Shown here piece after piece: positions 9,531-20,674 of a stretch of DNA of 64,000 bases. The position numbers and the translations under genes are program-made. The notes under the pieces were generated by a model, which worked only from the letters and a program-made list of their open reading frames with translations, had not been told where the DNA came from and did not search any database. The number at the start of each line of letters is the position of its first letter. Position 1 is the first letter of the stretch. The stretch comes from an uncultured Alphaproteobacteria bacterium (GTDB taxonomy: Bacteria; Pseudomonadota; Alphaproteobacteria; Rhizobiales; Xanthobacteraceae), in contig CAWJKJ010000008.1 of the NCBI GenBank assembly GCA_963843435.1, positions 5,306-69,305 on the forward strand. Reading direction: 5' to 3'.

Positions 9531-10505
9531 TCAGACTATGAACACTGTCGATCCCGTGGTCTTGCGAGCAGCCAAATCGGCATGAGCCTTGGCTGCATCC
9601 TTGAGTGGATAGGTCTGGTTGATCTCGATCTTGACCGCGCCCGACTTCACCACCTCGAACAACTCGTTGGCCATCGCCACCAGGTTTTCGCGCTTCGCAC
9701 CATAGGTGTTCAGCGTCGGCCGCGTCACGAACAGCGAACCCTTCTGCGCGAGCAGGCCAAGATTGAACGGCTCGACGCCGCCGGAGGACTGGCCGAACAG
9801 CACCGCGACTCCGGTCGGAGCCAGGCAATCGAGCGACTTCAGGAACGTGTCCTTGCCGACGGAATCGTACACGACCGGCACCAGATTGCCGCTGGTGATC
9901 TCCTTGACGCGCGCGACAAAATCCTCGCGCGTGTAAACGATCGTATGCGCGGTGCCGTGATCCCTGGCGAGTTTCGCCTTCTCGTCGGTGCTGACGGTGC
10001 CGATCACGGTCGCGCCCAAATGCTTCGCCCATTGGCTGAGGATCAGTCCGACGCCACCGGCCGCAGCATGCAGCAGGATCGTGTCACCGCTCTTGACCCG
10101 ATAGGTCTGGCGAATGAGGTACTGGACCGTCAGGCCCTTCAGCATCATGGCCGCAGCCGTCTTGTCGTCGATGCCGTCGGGCAGCTTGAGGAGGCGGTCG
10201 GCCGGAATCAGCCGTTCCTCGGCATAGGCCCCGAGCGGAGAGCTGCCGTAGGCGACGCGATCGCCTGGTTTCAGGTCGGCGACCCCGGACCCGACTTCTT
10301 CAACAACCCCTGCGCCTTCGCTGCCAAGACCGCTCGGAAGCGGCGCAGGATAGACGCCCGCGCGATTATAGATATCGACGAAATTCAATCCGACCGCGGT
10401 GTGACGGATCCGCACTTCGCCAGCACCGGGTTTGCCAAGCTTGACCTCCTCCCACTTCAGAACCTCGGGTCCGCCTGCTTGATGGAAACGAAAGGCATAT
10501 GTCAT
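9531..10505 (-). CDS. qor: NADPH:quinone oxidoreductase (zeta-crystallin, MDR family)
   Basis: [50 protein letters not shown]. Confidence 0.93.
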   Translation of the reverse strand: MTYAFRFHQAGGPEVLKWEEVKLGKPGAGEVRIRHTAVGLNFVDIYNRAGVYPAPLPSGLGSEGAGVVEEVGSGVADLKPGDRVAYGSSPLGAYAEERLIPADRLLKLPDGIDDKTAAAMMLKGLTVQYLIRQTYRVKSGDTILLHAAAGGVGLILSQWAKHLGATVIGTVSTDEKAKLARDHGTAHTIVYTREDFVARVKEITSGNLVPVVYDSVGKDTFLKSLDCLAPTGVAVLFGQSSGGVEPFNLGLLAQKGSLFVTRPTLNTYGAKRENLVAMANELFEVVKSGAVKIEINQTYPLKDAAKAHADLAARKTTGSTVFIV

Positions 10506-10594
10506 GAGGCAACTCCTGCAGTGAGAAGACAGGTGAAGGTTGAACGATGGGGACGATCCGTTTTCGCCGCGGCAGACGATATCGGTCTGCGGCA

Positions 10595-10630
10595 TCACGG
10601 CAAGCGCCGGCCCCGGTCACCTTGCCGTGA
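10595..10630. terminator. hairpin downstream of the ABC operon
   Basis: tcacggcaag (10595-10604) / cttgccgtga (10621-10630); a second hairpin gcagac..gtctgc lies just left. Confidence 0.45.
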
Positions 10631-10697
10631 ACCCTCGCCGATAGCGGAATCCTCCAGGCCAACGCATACGCCGCGTACATCGAGGCGTCGCCTTCGC

Positions 10698-12420
10698 TCA
10701 AACTGCGGCGATGCGGGGACGCGGGTGCGGCACAGGGTCGACACCGGCGACACCTGACGGGATCGACGCCAGCAGCGACCGGGTATAGGGCTGCCGGGGG
10801 TTGTCGAAGATGTCGCGTGACGGTCCCCTGTTCGACGATGCGCCCGCGGTGCATCACCGAGACGGTGTGGGCGAGCTGGCGCACCAGGGCCAGGTCGTGG
10901 GAGACGAACACATAGGTCAGGCCCAGGTTGGCCTGCAGCGAGAGCAGCACTTCGACGATGTCGGCCTGGACGCTGACGTCGAGCGCGGAGGTGGGCTCGT
11001 CGAGCACGATCACGTCCGGCTTGAGGACCAGCGACCGGGCGATGGCCACGCGCTGGCGCTGGCCACCTGACAAGCGCTCCCGGCCTGCGGGAGAGCAGGT
11101 GCTCGCCGAGCCCGACGTCGGCGAGCGCCTCGCGGACCAGCTCGGCACGCTCCCTGCTGGTCCCGATCTTGAACCGGTCGAGCGGCTCGCGCACCAGCTG
11201 CTCGACCTTCCAGGTCGGGTCGAGCGAGGTGAACGGGTTCTGGTAGACGAGCTGAAGGTGGCGCCACACCGCGCGCAGCGACTCGGGCGAGCGGCCGGTG
11301 AGCTGCTCGCCGGCGACCGAGATGCTCCCGCTGTCGGGCTCCTCGAGCCCGAGCAGCAGCCGGATCGCCGTCGTCTTGCCCGAGCCCGACTCGCCGACCA
11401 GCGCGTGCGTGGTGCCGGCCGGGACGATGAACGACACGTCGTCGACGGCCGTCAGCGCCTTGCCGTCGACGGTGAACGTCTTCGTGACGGCGCTGACCTC
11501 GATCTTCGGTGCCTCGCCGGCGTCGGCCTTGAGGCGACGGAAGCCGGGGTCGCGCAGCCCGGCGTAGCGGTCCGGGTTGAGCGCCGGGACGTCGGCGTGC
11601 AGCTTCCTCGCGTAGGCCGACGCCGGCGAGGAGAAGACAGCCGCGGTCCTGCCGGCCTCCTGGATGACGCCGTCCTTGAGCACCACCAGCGAGTTCGCGC
11701 GCTCGGCGGCGATCGCCAGGTCGTGGGTGATGAGCAGCAGGCTGATGTCGAGATCGTGCTGCAACCGTGAGAGCAGGTCGAGGATCCGCTTCTGGATCGT
11801 GACGTCGAGCGCGGAGGTCGGCTCGTCCGCGACCAGCAGCGCCGGCCGCGGCAGAACCGCAAGGCCGATCAGCACACGCTGCAGCATGCCGCCGGACAGC
11901 TGGTGCGGATAGGAGTCGTAGACACGCTGCGGGTTGTCGAGCCCGACCTGCGCGAACGTCTCCAGGATGAGCTCCTTGCGGCGCGCCTTGTCGGGCTCGT
12001 CGAGGAGCGCGGCCGCCTCATGCGCCTGCGACGCCGATCGTCCGCACCGGGTTGAGCGCGTTGCCCGGGGTCCTGCGGGACGAACCCGATGGCACGTCCG
12101 CGCAGCGGCCGGAACCGACGCTCGGACAGTCCCAGCACCTCCTGGCCGTCGAATTCGACCCGGCCGGTGGCGTGCGCCTCCGCTCGGGAGCAGCCGCAGA
12201 ACCGAGCGGGCGATGGTCGACTTGCCCGAGCCGGACTCGCCGATGAGCGCGAGGCTCTCGCCGCGACGGAGTTCGAACCCGACGTCGGTAACGACCTGGT
12301 TCGGCCCGTAGGAGACGGACAGGCCCTCGACCCGAAGCAGCGGGGCGGTGCTGCTGCGGGCTCGGCGCGGTAGGTCTCGGCGCGGACAAGAGTGGCGGTC
12401 AGTCTGTCTTGCGAAGCCAT
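10698..12420 (-). CDS. peptide/nickel ABC transporter, fused double ATPase (multiple frameshifts)
   Basis: Two Walker A GESGSGK motifs, LSGG signatures, [11 protein letters not shown] and [11 protein letters not shown]. Confidence 0.88.
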
Positions 12421-13249
12421 CGGCTGATCCTGTTCACGGAGAGGACGGTCGCGATCGTGACGAGGGCGGGCGCGTAAACCAGCCACGGCCATTTGAGGTA
12501 GTCCTTGCCGATCGCGATCAGCAGGCCCCAGTCGGACGCGGGCGGCGGGTCGCCGTACCCGAGGAAGGCAAGGCCGGCGATCACCAGGATCGACAGGCCG
12601 AACTGCAGCACGGCAAGCGAGAGCACCGAGCGCGACGCGTTCGGCAGCACGTGCCGCAACAGGATGTGCCAGCGCGAGCCGCCCAGCAGGAACGACGCCT
12701 CGACGAACGTCGCCTGCCGGATCTTGATCACCTCCGAGCGCATCACCCGGGCGAAGACGGCCACCGCCGACACGCCGGTCGCGATGGCGGCGTTCGTGGT
12801 GTCGAAACCGATCGCGGTGACGACGATGACCGCCAGCAGGAAGTTCGGGATCGCCAGCAGCACGTCCACCAGGCGCGCGAGCACGATGTCCACCCAGCCG
12901 CCGAGGAAGCCGGCCAGCGAGGCCGATGAGGCCGCCGGCGACGACGCCGATGACAACGGCGATGAGCGCGCTCGTCACGGAGGAGGCCGTGCCGAAGACG
13001 ACGCGCGCGTAGAGGTCGCGACCCAGGTGGTCGGTGCCGAACCAGTGCTGAGCGCTTGGCGCGAGCAGCTTGTCGGCGGGGACGCCGCTGACCGGGTTGT
13101 GGCTCGTGAACAGGCCAGGGACGAGCGACCAGGCAATCACGAGCGCGATGACCGCGAAGCGAGAGCGCGACGGTCGGCGGCACGCGCAGGGCCGTCAGCC
13201 GGCTGATCGCCGTGACGCGCGAGGAAGAGGAGGCGGAGGCGAGGGTCAT
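12399..13249 (-). CDS. peptide ABC permease, DppC-like (frameshifted)
   Basis: HWFGTDHLGRDLYARVVFG, EAA loop FVEASFLLGGSRWHILLRHVLPN, PPPASDWG. Confidence 0.88.
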
Positions 13250-14258
13250 GATGTCACCGCCGGAGATGTGCCGGCAGGAGTTTTCGTCAGCGGTGGTCGG
13301 GCGGCGCTTCGGACCGCCGATGAGCTTCACGCGCGGATCGAGCAGCGGGTAGACGAGGTCGGCGATCAGGTTGACGAGCACGAAGACCACCGCCGCCAGC
13401 GAGACGACCGCTTGCAGCACGGGCAGGTCCTGCGTGCTCACCGACCGCTGCACCAGGCTGCCGACACCGGTGCGTCCGAAGACCGTCTCGGTGATCAGCG
13501 AGCCGCCGAGCAGTTCGCCGATGGCGAGTGCGATGACGGTGACGACCGGGAGCGAAGACGGCTTGAGCAGGTGCTTGGCGAACAGGCGCGCCTGCCCGAG
13601 ACCACGGCCGCGCGCGACGGCGGCGTACTCCTGCTGCGACTCGTTATCGAGGTTGGCGATGAGCACCTCGGCGATCCGTGCGGAGACGGGAATGCCGAGC
13701 GCGATCGCCGCGAACAGGGTCGCGCAGAAGCTGTCCGGCTCGATCACGCGGAAGAGGCCGAGCTGGAAGCCGAAGGCGTGGATCAGCACCAGGCCGATCA
13801 CGAAGTTGGGCACCGACAGGAACAACGACGGGAAGCCCCGCAGCAAGCCCTGACCGAACCGCTTCGGAAGGAACTGGGTGCCGTAGGCGATCGCCGCCGC
13901 CAGCAGCAGCGCGACGCCGAGACCCGTGGACGCGAGGACCAGCGTCGAGGGAACGCACCTCGGCGATCAGCGTTGCCACGGGTCGGTTGGACCGCATCGA
14001 CAGGCCGAGGTCGCCGGTCACGAAGTTGGACAAGGACGTCCACAGCTGGACCAGGACCGGCTGGTCCAGGCCCTGGGCGGCGATGATCTCCTGGATCTGT
14101 TTCTCGGTGAACCCGTTCTGCGGGTCGCGCAGGACGTTGGAGATCGGGTCGCCCGGCAGGATGCTGACAACGACGAACGTGAAGACGTAGGTCAGCAGGA
14201 TGACGACGACAGCCTGGACGAGGCGCTTTGCGGCGTAGGTCAGGTAGGCATTGCTCAT
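13246..14258 (-). CDS. peptide ABC permease, DppB-like (frameshifted)
   Basis: ILPGDP, GDLGLS, ARGRGL, ITETVFGRTGVG, DLVYPLLDPRV. Confidence 0.88.
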
Positions 14259-14296
14259 GCCGGTCCGCTCCTCACGTTGCTCGGTTGCACTGCGGG

Positions 14297-15970
14297 CTAC
14301 TTCGCTTTTCGTGGCCGTGTAGTAGCTGGCGTAGGCGATGCCGTTGTAGATCTCGCCCTTGAGCTTCGGAGACTGCACGTAGATGCGCTGGACGATCTGC
14401 GTGCGCGGGATGAAGTAGCCCTGCTCGAGGATGTACTTCTGCAGTTCGTCGAGGAGCGGGTCACGGATGTTGGCAGAGCCGGCGCTGGCGATCTTGTCGC
14501 GCAGGTCGTTGAGCTTCTTGTCGCTCTCGCCGAGGGCGAACCAGTTCTCGCCGTTGTTGGCGTCGGTGAGGATGCCGGCCACTGTGCCGGCGTCGATGAA
14601 GCTGCGCGTCACCTCGTAGCCCGACACGGCCGGGCCGCCGAACTTGACCTTCTCGCCGTAGGTCACGACGTCGTAGGCCCGGATGTTGACCTTCCAGCCG
14701 ATCTTGCCGAGCTGCTGGGCGATGAGTTCGTCGACCGACTTCGACGTCGCGAGGTAGGGATTGGAGTGGAGCGTCAGCGACAGCTGCTTGCCGTCCTTGG
14801 TGCGGATGCCGTTGGAGCCCTTGATCCAGCCCGCCTCGTCGAGGAGCTTCTCGGCCTTGCCGGGATTGTAGGCCAGCAGGTCCGCTGTGGTCGGTCGCAC
14901 CGGGCACGTTGCTCTGGATGAACGACGTCGCCAGCTTCCAGTCAGGCGTGTAGACGGTGTCAATGATCTCCTTGCGGTCGATTCCCGCCTGCAAGGCCTG
15001 ACGTACCTTCACGTCGTTGTACGGCTCCAGCCTGGTGTTGATCGCCAAACCGTTGACGAAGCCGAGATAGCGCGGTGTCGCGATGGTGAAGCCCGCTTCC
15101 TTGAGGGATTTCAGTTCCTGCGGTGAGGCGTTGTAGGCGACGTCGGCCTGACCGGACTGAACAGCGGCGACCCGCAGCGATGGCTCGGACACAAGCTTGT
15201 AGGTGATCGAGTCGAGGTAGGCCGGGCCGGTGTGGCCGACTGCAGCGGGACCCCAGTTGTAGTCCTTGCGCTTGACCAGCTTGACGAAGTCGCCCTCCTT
15301 CCAGGACTCGACCACGTACGGGCCGCTGCCGGATGTCTTCGACAGGTTGGCCTGCTGGGCTGGCGGGCTGCGCGATGGTCTTCGGCGAGATGAGGATCGA
15401 GCCGTGGTAGCCGAGAGTCGGGATGAAGCCGAGCGTCGGCACCTTGAAGAAGACCTTCACTGTGGTTGCGTCGACCGCCTCGGCGCGGTCGTAGGTCTTC
15501 GGGAAAAGGCCGATCGGGTTGATGCCCTCGTTGCGGCGGCCGGCGTGCCAGATGTCGAGATTGGCGACGACGGCCGACGCGTCGAGCGGCGTGCCGTCGG
15601 AGAAGGTCACGCCCTTCTTGAGGTGAAGGGTGAACTCGGTGGCGTCGTCGTTCTGCTCCCAGCTCTCGGCGATCCAGGGACTGGTCTTGCCGTCGGCGTC
15701 GACGTAGACGAGCTTGTCGGTGACGTGGCCCCAGATGTGGCCCTGGAAGCTGGAGATCGCGCTGTTGTTCGGGATCCAGGTGTTGCCCAGCGAGTCGATG
15801 AGGAAGATGATGTCACCGCCATTCTTCGGAACGTCGGCACTCAGGGCCGGCGTCAGACCCGCCCTTGCCACCAAGGCGGCGGCTGCCACGGCGAAGGTGG
15901 TGATCAGCAGACGGCGCCGGGAAAGCAGACGTCGGCGGCTCAGTGAGCGAAATGAAGACGGCAACACCAT
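14297..15970 (-). CDS. family 5 ABC substrate-binding protein with Tat-like leader (frameshifted)
   Basis: SRRRLLSRRRLL leader; PWIAESWE, VTFSDGTPLDA, VKVRQAL, AEKLLDEAGW; stop inferred at ~14297. Confidence 0.85.
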
Positions 15971-16045
15971 TGTACAGATCCTGTTTGCTGGTCACGGCCA
16001 ATGCCGGGAAAGAGACGGTTGCGCCGGGAAAAAGAGCCACAACGC

Positions 16046-16628
16046 TTATGAGAGACCTTCCGCGATGGAGACGCGCTCGAGCTGCCGGCTTCGCATGAAG
16101 CGTTCGCCTTCCGCTTCGATGGGGACATAGCGGCCGTTCCAGTAGGCCAATGCGCCGCTTCCCACGGAGGTTTGCAGCTCGAGCACCCGACCGATGACGA
16201 TGACGTGTGAGTGCCGATGGATCACATGCTCGACCTCGCAGTCGATCGCCGCCAGCGCGCCGCACAGCAGCGGCACGCCGGACGCCAGCACGATCCAGTC
16301 GTTGCCATGGAAACGCTGAGGCCCGCTCACACCTCCCTTGCCGCTGAAGCGATCGGGCGACCGCCACCTGGTCGGCCGCCAGAACGCTGGCGCCGAACAC
16401 GCCGCGCTTCTGAATGAGCGGCCAGGATGACGACTGGCGGTTGATGCCGACCATCACCGTTGGCGGATCGAGCGACAGCGACACGAAGGACGACACCGTC
16501 ATGCCGGAAATGTCGTCGTCGCGACCCGCGGTGATGACGGTGACGCCGCCGGGAAGCTGCCGCATCGCCGCCTTGAAGGCTTCGACATCGACAGCTTCAT
16601 CGGCACCGAAATCGGTCAATCCACTCAT
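16046..16628 (-). CDS. flavin reductase (HpaC/RutF-like; frameshift near 16350)
   Basis: FKAAMRQLPGGVTVIT, GMTVSSFVSLSLDPP, SHVIVIGRV, LAYWNGRY. Confidence 0.9.
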
Positions 16629-16655
16629 CGTCCCCTCGACACTCATTTGGAGCGG

Positions 16656-17753
16656 CTATTCAGCCGCGACCTTCGCGCGCTGGCGCTCGGCGACGAGCTT
16701 GCGCGTCAACGGAATGAGCTCGCGGCCGTATTCGATTGCGTCGATCAGCGGGTCGAAACCGCGGATCAGGAAGATGTCGACGCCGAGCTCGTAGTAGTCG
16801 AGGAACGCTTCTGCGACCTGCTCCGGTGTGCCGACCAGCGAGGTGGAGTTGCCGCGCGCTCCGGTCAGGTTGGCGATGCCGGTCCACAGCCGCTTGTCGA
16901 GGCGGCTGCCCTGGGCTGCGAGCGCCAGCAGGCGCTTCGATCCTTCGTTCGGCGGTCCATTCTCGGCGCGCTTGAAACCGGTCTTCTCCTGCAGCGCCCT
17001 GGCCTTCTCGAGGATCGCGTCGGCCTTCGCCCAGGCTTTCTCCTCGGTCTCGGCGATGATCGGACGGAACGACAGGCTGAAACGCGGCGACGGTCGGCCG
17101 TTCTTGGCCGAAGCCGCGCGCACGCGCGCGATCACCTTGCGCACCTCGTCGTAGGTCTCACCCCACAGAGCGAAGACGTCCGCATGCCGGCCGGCGACCT
17201 CGATTGCCGGATCCGACGCGCCGGCAATGAACACCGGAATGCCGTTCGGCTGATACGGCTTGATCTGCGAGAAGCCGCCCCGCACCTGGTAATATTTCCC
17301 GTCGTAGTCGAACGGCTTCTCGCTGGTCCATTCCGCGCGCACCACGTCGAGAAACTCGCTGGTGCGGACGTAGCGCTCGTCCTTGTCCACCACCGTGTTG
17401 CCGTCATGCACGAGCTCGGCGTGATCGCCGCCGGTGATGACGTTGAGCGAGACCCGTCCCTTTGTCAGGTGATCCAGCGTTGCGAACTGACGCGCAAACA
17501 CCGTCGGCGCGGTGAAGCCCGGCCGCTGCGCGATGAAGACGTTCAGCCGCTCGGTGACCGATGCGGCGTGCTGCGCCACCTGCAGGCAATCCGGCAGGTC
17601 CGAGTGAAAGGCCAGCAGCGCGCGATCGAAGCCGGAGTTCTCGTGCGCCTTGGCGACGGTCTCGACGTGGTCGATGTTCAGAACAGGGCCGCTGCGCGGA
17701 ATGATCTCGGAGGAGTTGGTGTTGCCGATGTAACCGATGAATTCGAGTGACAT
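16656..17753 (-). CDS. luciferase-like (LLM) flavin monooxygenase, SsuD-related
   Basis: AHENSGFDRAL, RPGF, FATLDHLTKGRVSLNVITGG, YDGKYY, LVGTPEQVAE. Confidence 0.92.
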   Translation of the reverse strand: MSLEFIGYIGNTNSSEIIPRSGPVLNIDHVETVAKAHENSGFDRALLAFHSDLPDCLQVAQHAASVTERLNVFIAQRPGFTAPTVFARQFATLDHLTKGRVSLNVITGGDHAELVHDGNTVVDKDERYVRTSEFLDVVRAEWTSEKPFDYDGKYYQVRGGFSQIKPYQPNGIPVFIAGASDPAIEVAGRHADVFALWGETYDEVRKVIARVRAASAKNGRPSPRFSLSFRPIIAETEEKAWAKADAILEKARALQEKTGFKRAENGPPNEGSKRLLALAAQGSRLDKRLWTGIANLTGARGNSTSLVGTPEQVAEAFLDYYELGVDIFLIRGFDPLIDAIEYGRELIPLTRKLVAERQRAKVAAE

Positions 17754-17784
17754 GGTGTTCTTCCTGGTTCTGCTTGAATGAAGG

Positions 17785-18927
17785 TCAGGGTTGCAGCGCG
17801 GCACGGCCGGCCGCGCTCCTGATGGAATTGTCCTGCGGCGTGTGAATGCGGCCGCACAGCACGTCGCGGTAATGGCGCTCGAGCGGGTTTGTGCGCGACA
17901 GTCCGTGATTGCCTGACAGCGACAGCGCGGCCTCGACCACGGCGATGGCGTTGTTGGTGACCGTCAGCTTGACTGCATGAGCCTCCGCCGTCGGCACCAG
18001 CCGTCCGCTGTCCTGATCCGAGGCGACGCTGTCGATCAATCTGGTGTTGATCGCGAGCCGCACCTCGATGTCGCCGACGATCTCCTGCACCCGCGGCAAG
18101 CTGGCGAGCGGCGCGCCGAGGTTGGCGGGCTTGCGGCTTTTGAGGAATTCGACGAGCCAGGTCTTGGCCGACCGCGCAATGCCGTCATAGATCGCGGCGA
18201 CGAAGATGCTGTGGATCGCATTCTGCACGACGTCCGGTCCCTTCCAGGCGTCCGGCAATCGCACATCGATCTCGTGATCGAGCGGAACGACGACATCCTC
18301 GAAGATGACGTCGTGACTGCCGCTCGCCCGCTGGCCGAGATGATTCCAGGTCTCGACGATGCTGATGCCGCGCAGGCCCGCAGGCACGAGGAACGAACCG
18401 ACTCGTGGCTGCGGCTCGTCGGTCCTCGCCCACAGCACGTAATATTTCAGGATCGGCGCTCCGGTCGAATAGATCTTGTGGCCGCTGATCCGCCATCCGT
18501 CCTCGGTCTTTCGCGCCGTCGTCGCCGGCAGCCCGCCGCGCGCGGGAGAGCCCAGGTCGGGCTCCACCCGCAGGGCGTTGATCAGCGCCACGCCGCGATT
18601 GGACGCCGACGACAGCTTCCTCGCGAGGTGAAGCGGAAAGCGATCACTGCGAGCGATGACGAAGTGCTGGATGTAGTGCATGGCCAGCACGAGAGCCGTC
18701 GCCGGATCGCCTTCGGCAATGATGCCGAGCACCTTGGCGACCTCACGCGCGCCCGCACCGCGGCCACAGAACCCCTGCGCCACCGTCAGCGACAGCAGGC
18801 CGGCGTCCGAGAGCTTCTCGAAGTTCTCGAACGGAAAGCTGCCGTCGCGATCATGCTGTTCGGCTCGCGTCGCGAAATCGGACGCGAGCAGACGTGCCTT
18901 GTCCAGCGTAGTGGTTGTTGCATCCAT
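17785..18927 (-). CDS. acyl-CoA dehydrogenase-fold flavin monooxygenase (DszC/SfnB-like)
   Basis: HDRDGSFP, ALVLAMH, ISGHKIYSTG, WNHLGQRASGSHDV, LERHYRDV. Confidence 0.88.
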   Translation of the reverse strand: MDATTTTLDKARLLASDFATRAEQHDRDGSFPFENFEKLSDAGLLSLTVAQGFCGRGAGAREVAKVLGIIAEGDPATALVLAMHYIQHFVIARSDRFPLHLARKLSSASNRGVALINALRVEPDLGSPARGGLPATTARKTEDGWRISGHKIYSTGAPILKYYVLWARTDEPQPRVGSFLVPAGLRGISIVETWNHLGQRASGSHDVIFEDVVVPLDHEIDVRLPDAWKGPDVVQNAIHSIFVAAIYDGIARSAKTWLVEFLKSRKPANLGAPLASLPRVQEIVGDIEVRLAINTRLIDSVASDQDSGRLVPTAEAHAVKLTVTNNAIAVVEAALSLSGNHGLSRTNPLERHYRDVLCGRIHTPQDNSIRSAAGRAALQP

Positions 18928-19190
18928 GTGGGGCTTCCGTCAGCTCGCATCGGGCCAGAACGAGCCGAGAATCTGCGAAATTCGCTTCGCTCACGTTCGT
19001 TGATGCGTGAAATGATGGGCGCGGCCAGGCGCAGCGTCAATGAAATGGATTTCCGAATGTCTTGCGCAATGGAGATGATGCGCGCTGAGAATGTTGCGCT
19101 ACACAACAGCGCATTTTAGCCGGGAATGGTTTTGCTCGGCCGACCGGCCTGAAGAGAAAAACAAACTCGCGCCTCTGCTCGGCCCGCGCG

Positions 19191-19856
19191 TCAGCCGGAG
19201 ATGGTGCGGTCAACCACTCTCAGCAGATCCGCCTTCACGGAATCAATGTGCTGCTCAAGATAGCGGCAAGCCTCACCGATCTTTCGCTCTTTGCACAAGA
19301 CGATGAGATGAGCGTGTTCCTTTTCGGCGATGCCCATGGCGGTCGTGTTCGAGAGCTGCAGGCGTGTATAGCGGTCGCTCGTTTGCAAGAGGGACGCAAC
19401 AATGCTCTGCGTTCGTGGTTGCTGCGCGCGTGCGTACAGCGCCATGTGGAATTCGGCGTTGAGCTGGCCCCATTCGCTGATGTTGCGCTCTGCAATCGCT
19501 CGCTCGAAGCGGCGGTGGATATCGTCCAGCACGGCGAAATCGCCGGCGATCATGCGTGGTCCGGATTGCGCGAGCATGCGCGGCTCCAGCATCCGCCTGA
19601 GCTCGAACACGTCGTTGATTTCATCGAGCGACAGTTCCGAGACGATGGCGCCCTTTTGCGGGACGATCCGCACCAGGCCTTCGGCCTCGAGCTGGAAGAG
19701 AGCCTCGCGCACTGGAATGCGGCTGACACCGTAGGCTTCGCCGAGCGCATCCTGCCGGAGCTGCGCGCCGGCGCGGTGCGTGCCGTCGAGGATCGATTGC
19801 CGCAATTGATCGGCGATCATGGCCGAGAGGGTCCGGTGCTTCAGCGGCGCGGTCAT
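19191..19856 (-). CDS. GntR/FCD-family regulator
   Basis: LRQDALGEAYGVSRIPVREALFQLEAEGLV; NAEFHMALY. Confidence 0.93.
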   Translation of the reverse strand: MTAPLKHRTLSAMIADQLRQSILDGTHRAGAQLRQDALGEAYGVSRIPVREALFQLEAEGLVRIVPQKGAIVSELSLDEINDVFELRRMLEPRMLAQSGPRMIAGDFAVLDDIHRRFERAIAERNISEWGQLNAEFHMALYARAQQPRTQSIVASLLQTSDRYTRLQLSNTTAMGIAEKEHAHLIVLCKERKIGEACRYLEQHIDSVKADLLRVVDRTISG

Positions 19857-19964
19857 TGATTCTTCAGCCTTTTTTCTCTGCCCCGTCGGCGAGAGCAGCC
19901 GTCGTCCCCCTTGCCCACGATGCTCAGGAGCGGTGCAGGGGCGCGAATTTGTGCAAATCGCTGT

Positions 19965-19996
19965 TTGACTCGCAGATTGTATAAATTATACGATCT
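19965..19996 (+). promoter_or_regulatory. sigma70 promoter (TTGACT-N18-TACGAT) overlapped by a 23-bp palindromic operator
   Basis: agat-t-gtataa-a-ttatac-g-atct at 19974-19996, between divergent gntR and TRAP genes. Confidence 0.7.
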
Positions 19997-20029
19997 CAAA
20001 AAGCATCATGATTTTGAGAGCTTGGGGGC

Positions 20030-20674
20030 TTGATGAGTGAGCCGAGGAGTCCTCGCGCCCCGGCCATGGGGTTCAGCCGGAGCGCCATTATTCGGACCGT
20101 CATAATAAAGGCTTCGAGCCTGCTGCTCGCCTTTGAGCGGCTGGCGCTGATGGGCCTGATGTACCTGCTGACGGCGCTGATCCTGGTGAACGTCGTCACC
20201 CGCTATTCGCACTTCCCGATCTACTGGATCGACGAATCCGCGGTTTACTCCGTGGTCTGGCTCACCTTCATCGGCGCGTCCGCGATGACGCGGCTGCGGC
20301 TCGATTTTGCGGTCACCATGCTGACCGAACGCCTCTCTGCGCAGAATCAGAAGATCGCCAAGGTGATCGCGACCGCCATGGTCATCGTCTTCGGCGCCAG
20401 CCTGATCGCGACGTGCGTGCTCTGGATGGACCCGATTGGCCTCGCCCGCGCCGGCTTCGACGCGCGCAAGTTTGCCGGCGAGACCTTCAACTTCCTCTAC
20501 ACGGAGCGCACGCAGACGCTGAACTGGCCGACCTGGGTCTTGTACCTGACGCTGCCGATCTTTGCCGTGTCGATCACCATCCACGGCATCGCCAATCTGC
20601 TGGAGGATCTCGAACTCGTCCCGCGAATGTCGCCCAAGGGCTTCCAGCTCTCCGAACTCGACGGCGTCAACTGA
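20030..20674 (+). CDS. TRAP transporter small permease (DctQ); start uncertain
   Basis: NVVTRY, WIDE..Y..VWLTFIGAS; 4 TM; TGATG overlap with the next gene. Confidence 0.88.
   Translation: MMSEPRSPRAPAMGFSRSAIIRTVIIKASSLLLAFERLALMGLMYLLTALILVNVVTRYSHFPIYWIDESAVYSVVWLTFIGASAMTRLRLDFAVTMLTERLSAQNQKIAKVIATAMVIVFGASLIATCVLWMDPIGLARAGFDARKFAGETFNFLYTERTQTLNWPTWVLYLTLPIFAVSITIHGIANLLEDLELVPRMSPKGFQLSELDGVN

Noticed and set aside
13644-14963. Apparent binding protein-permease fusion
   Set aside because: One extra base in an A-run near 14305 bypasses a TAG at ~14297, and the permease has its own GAGGAG RBS and ATG at 14258
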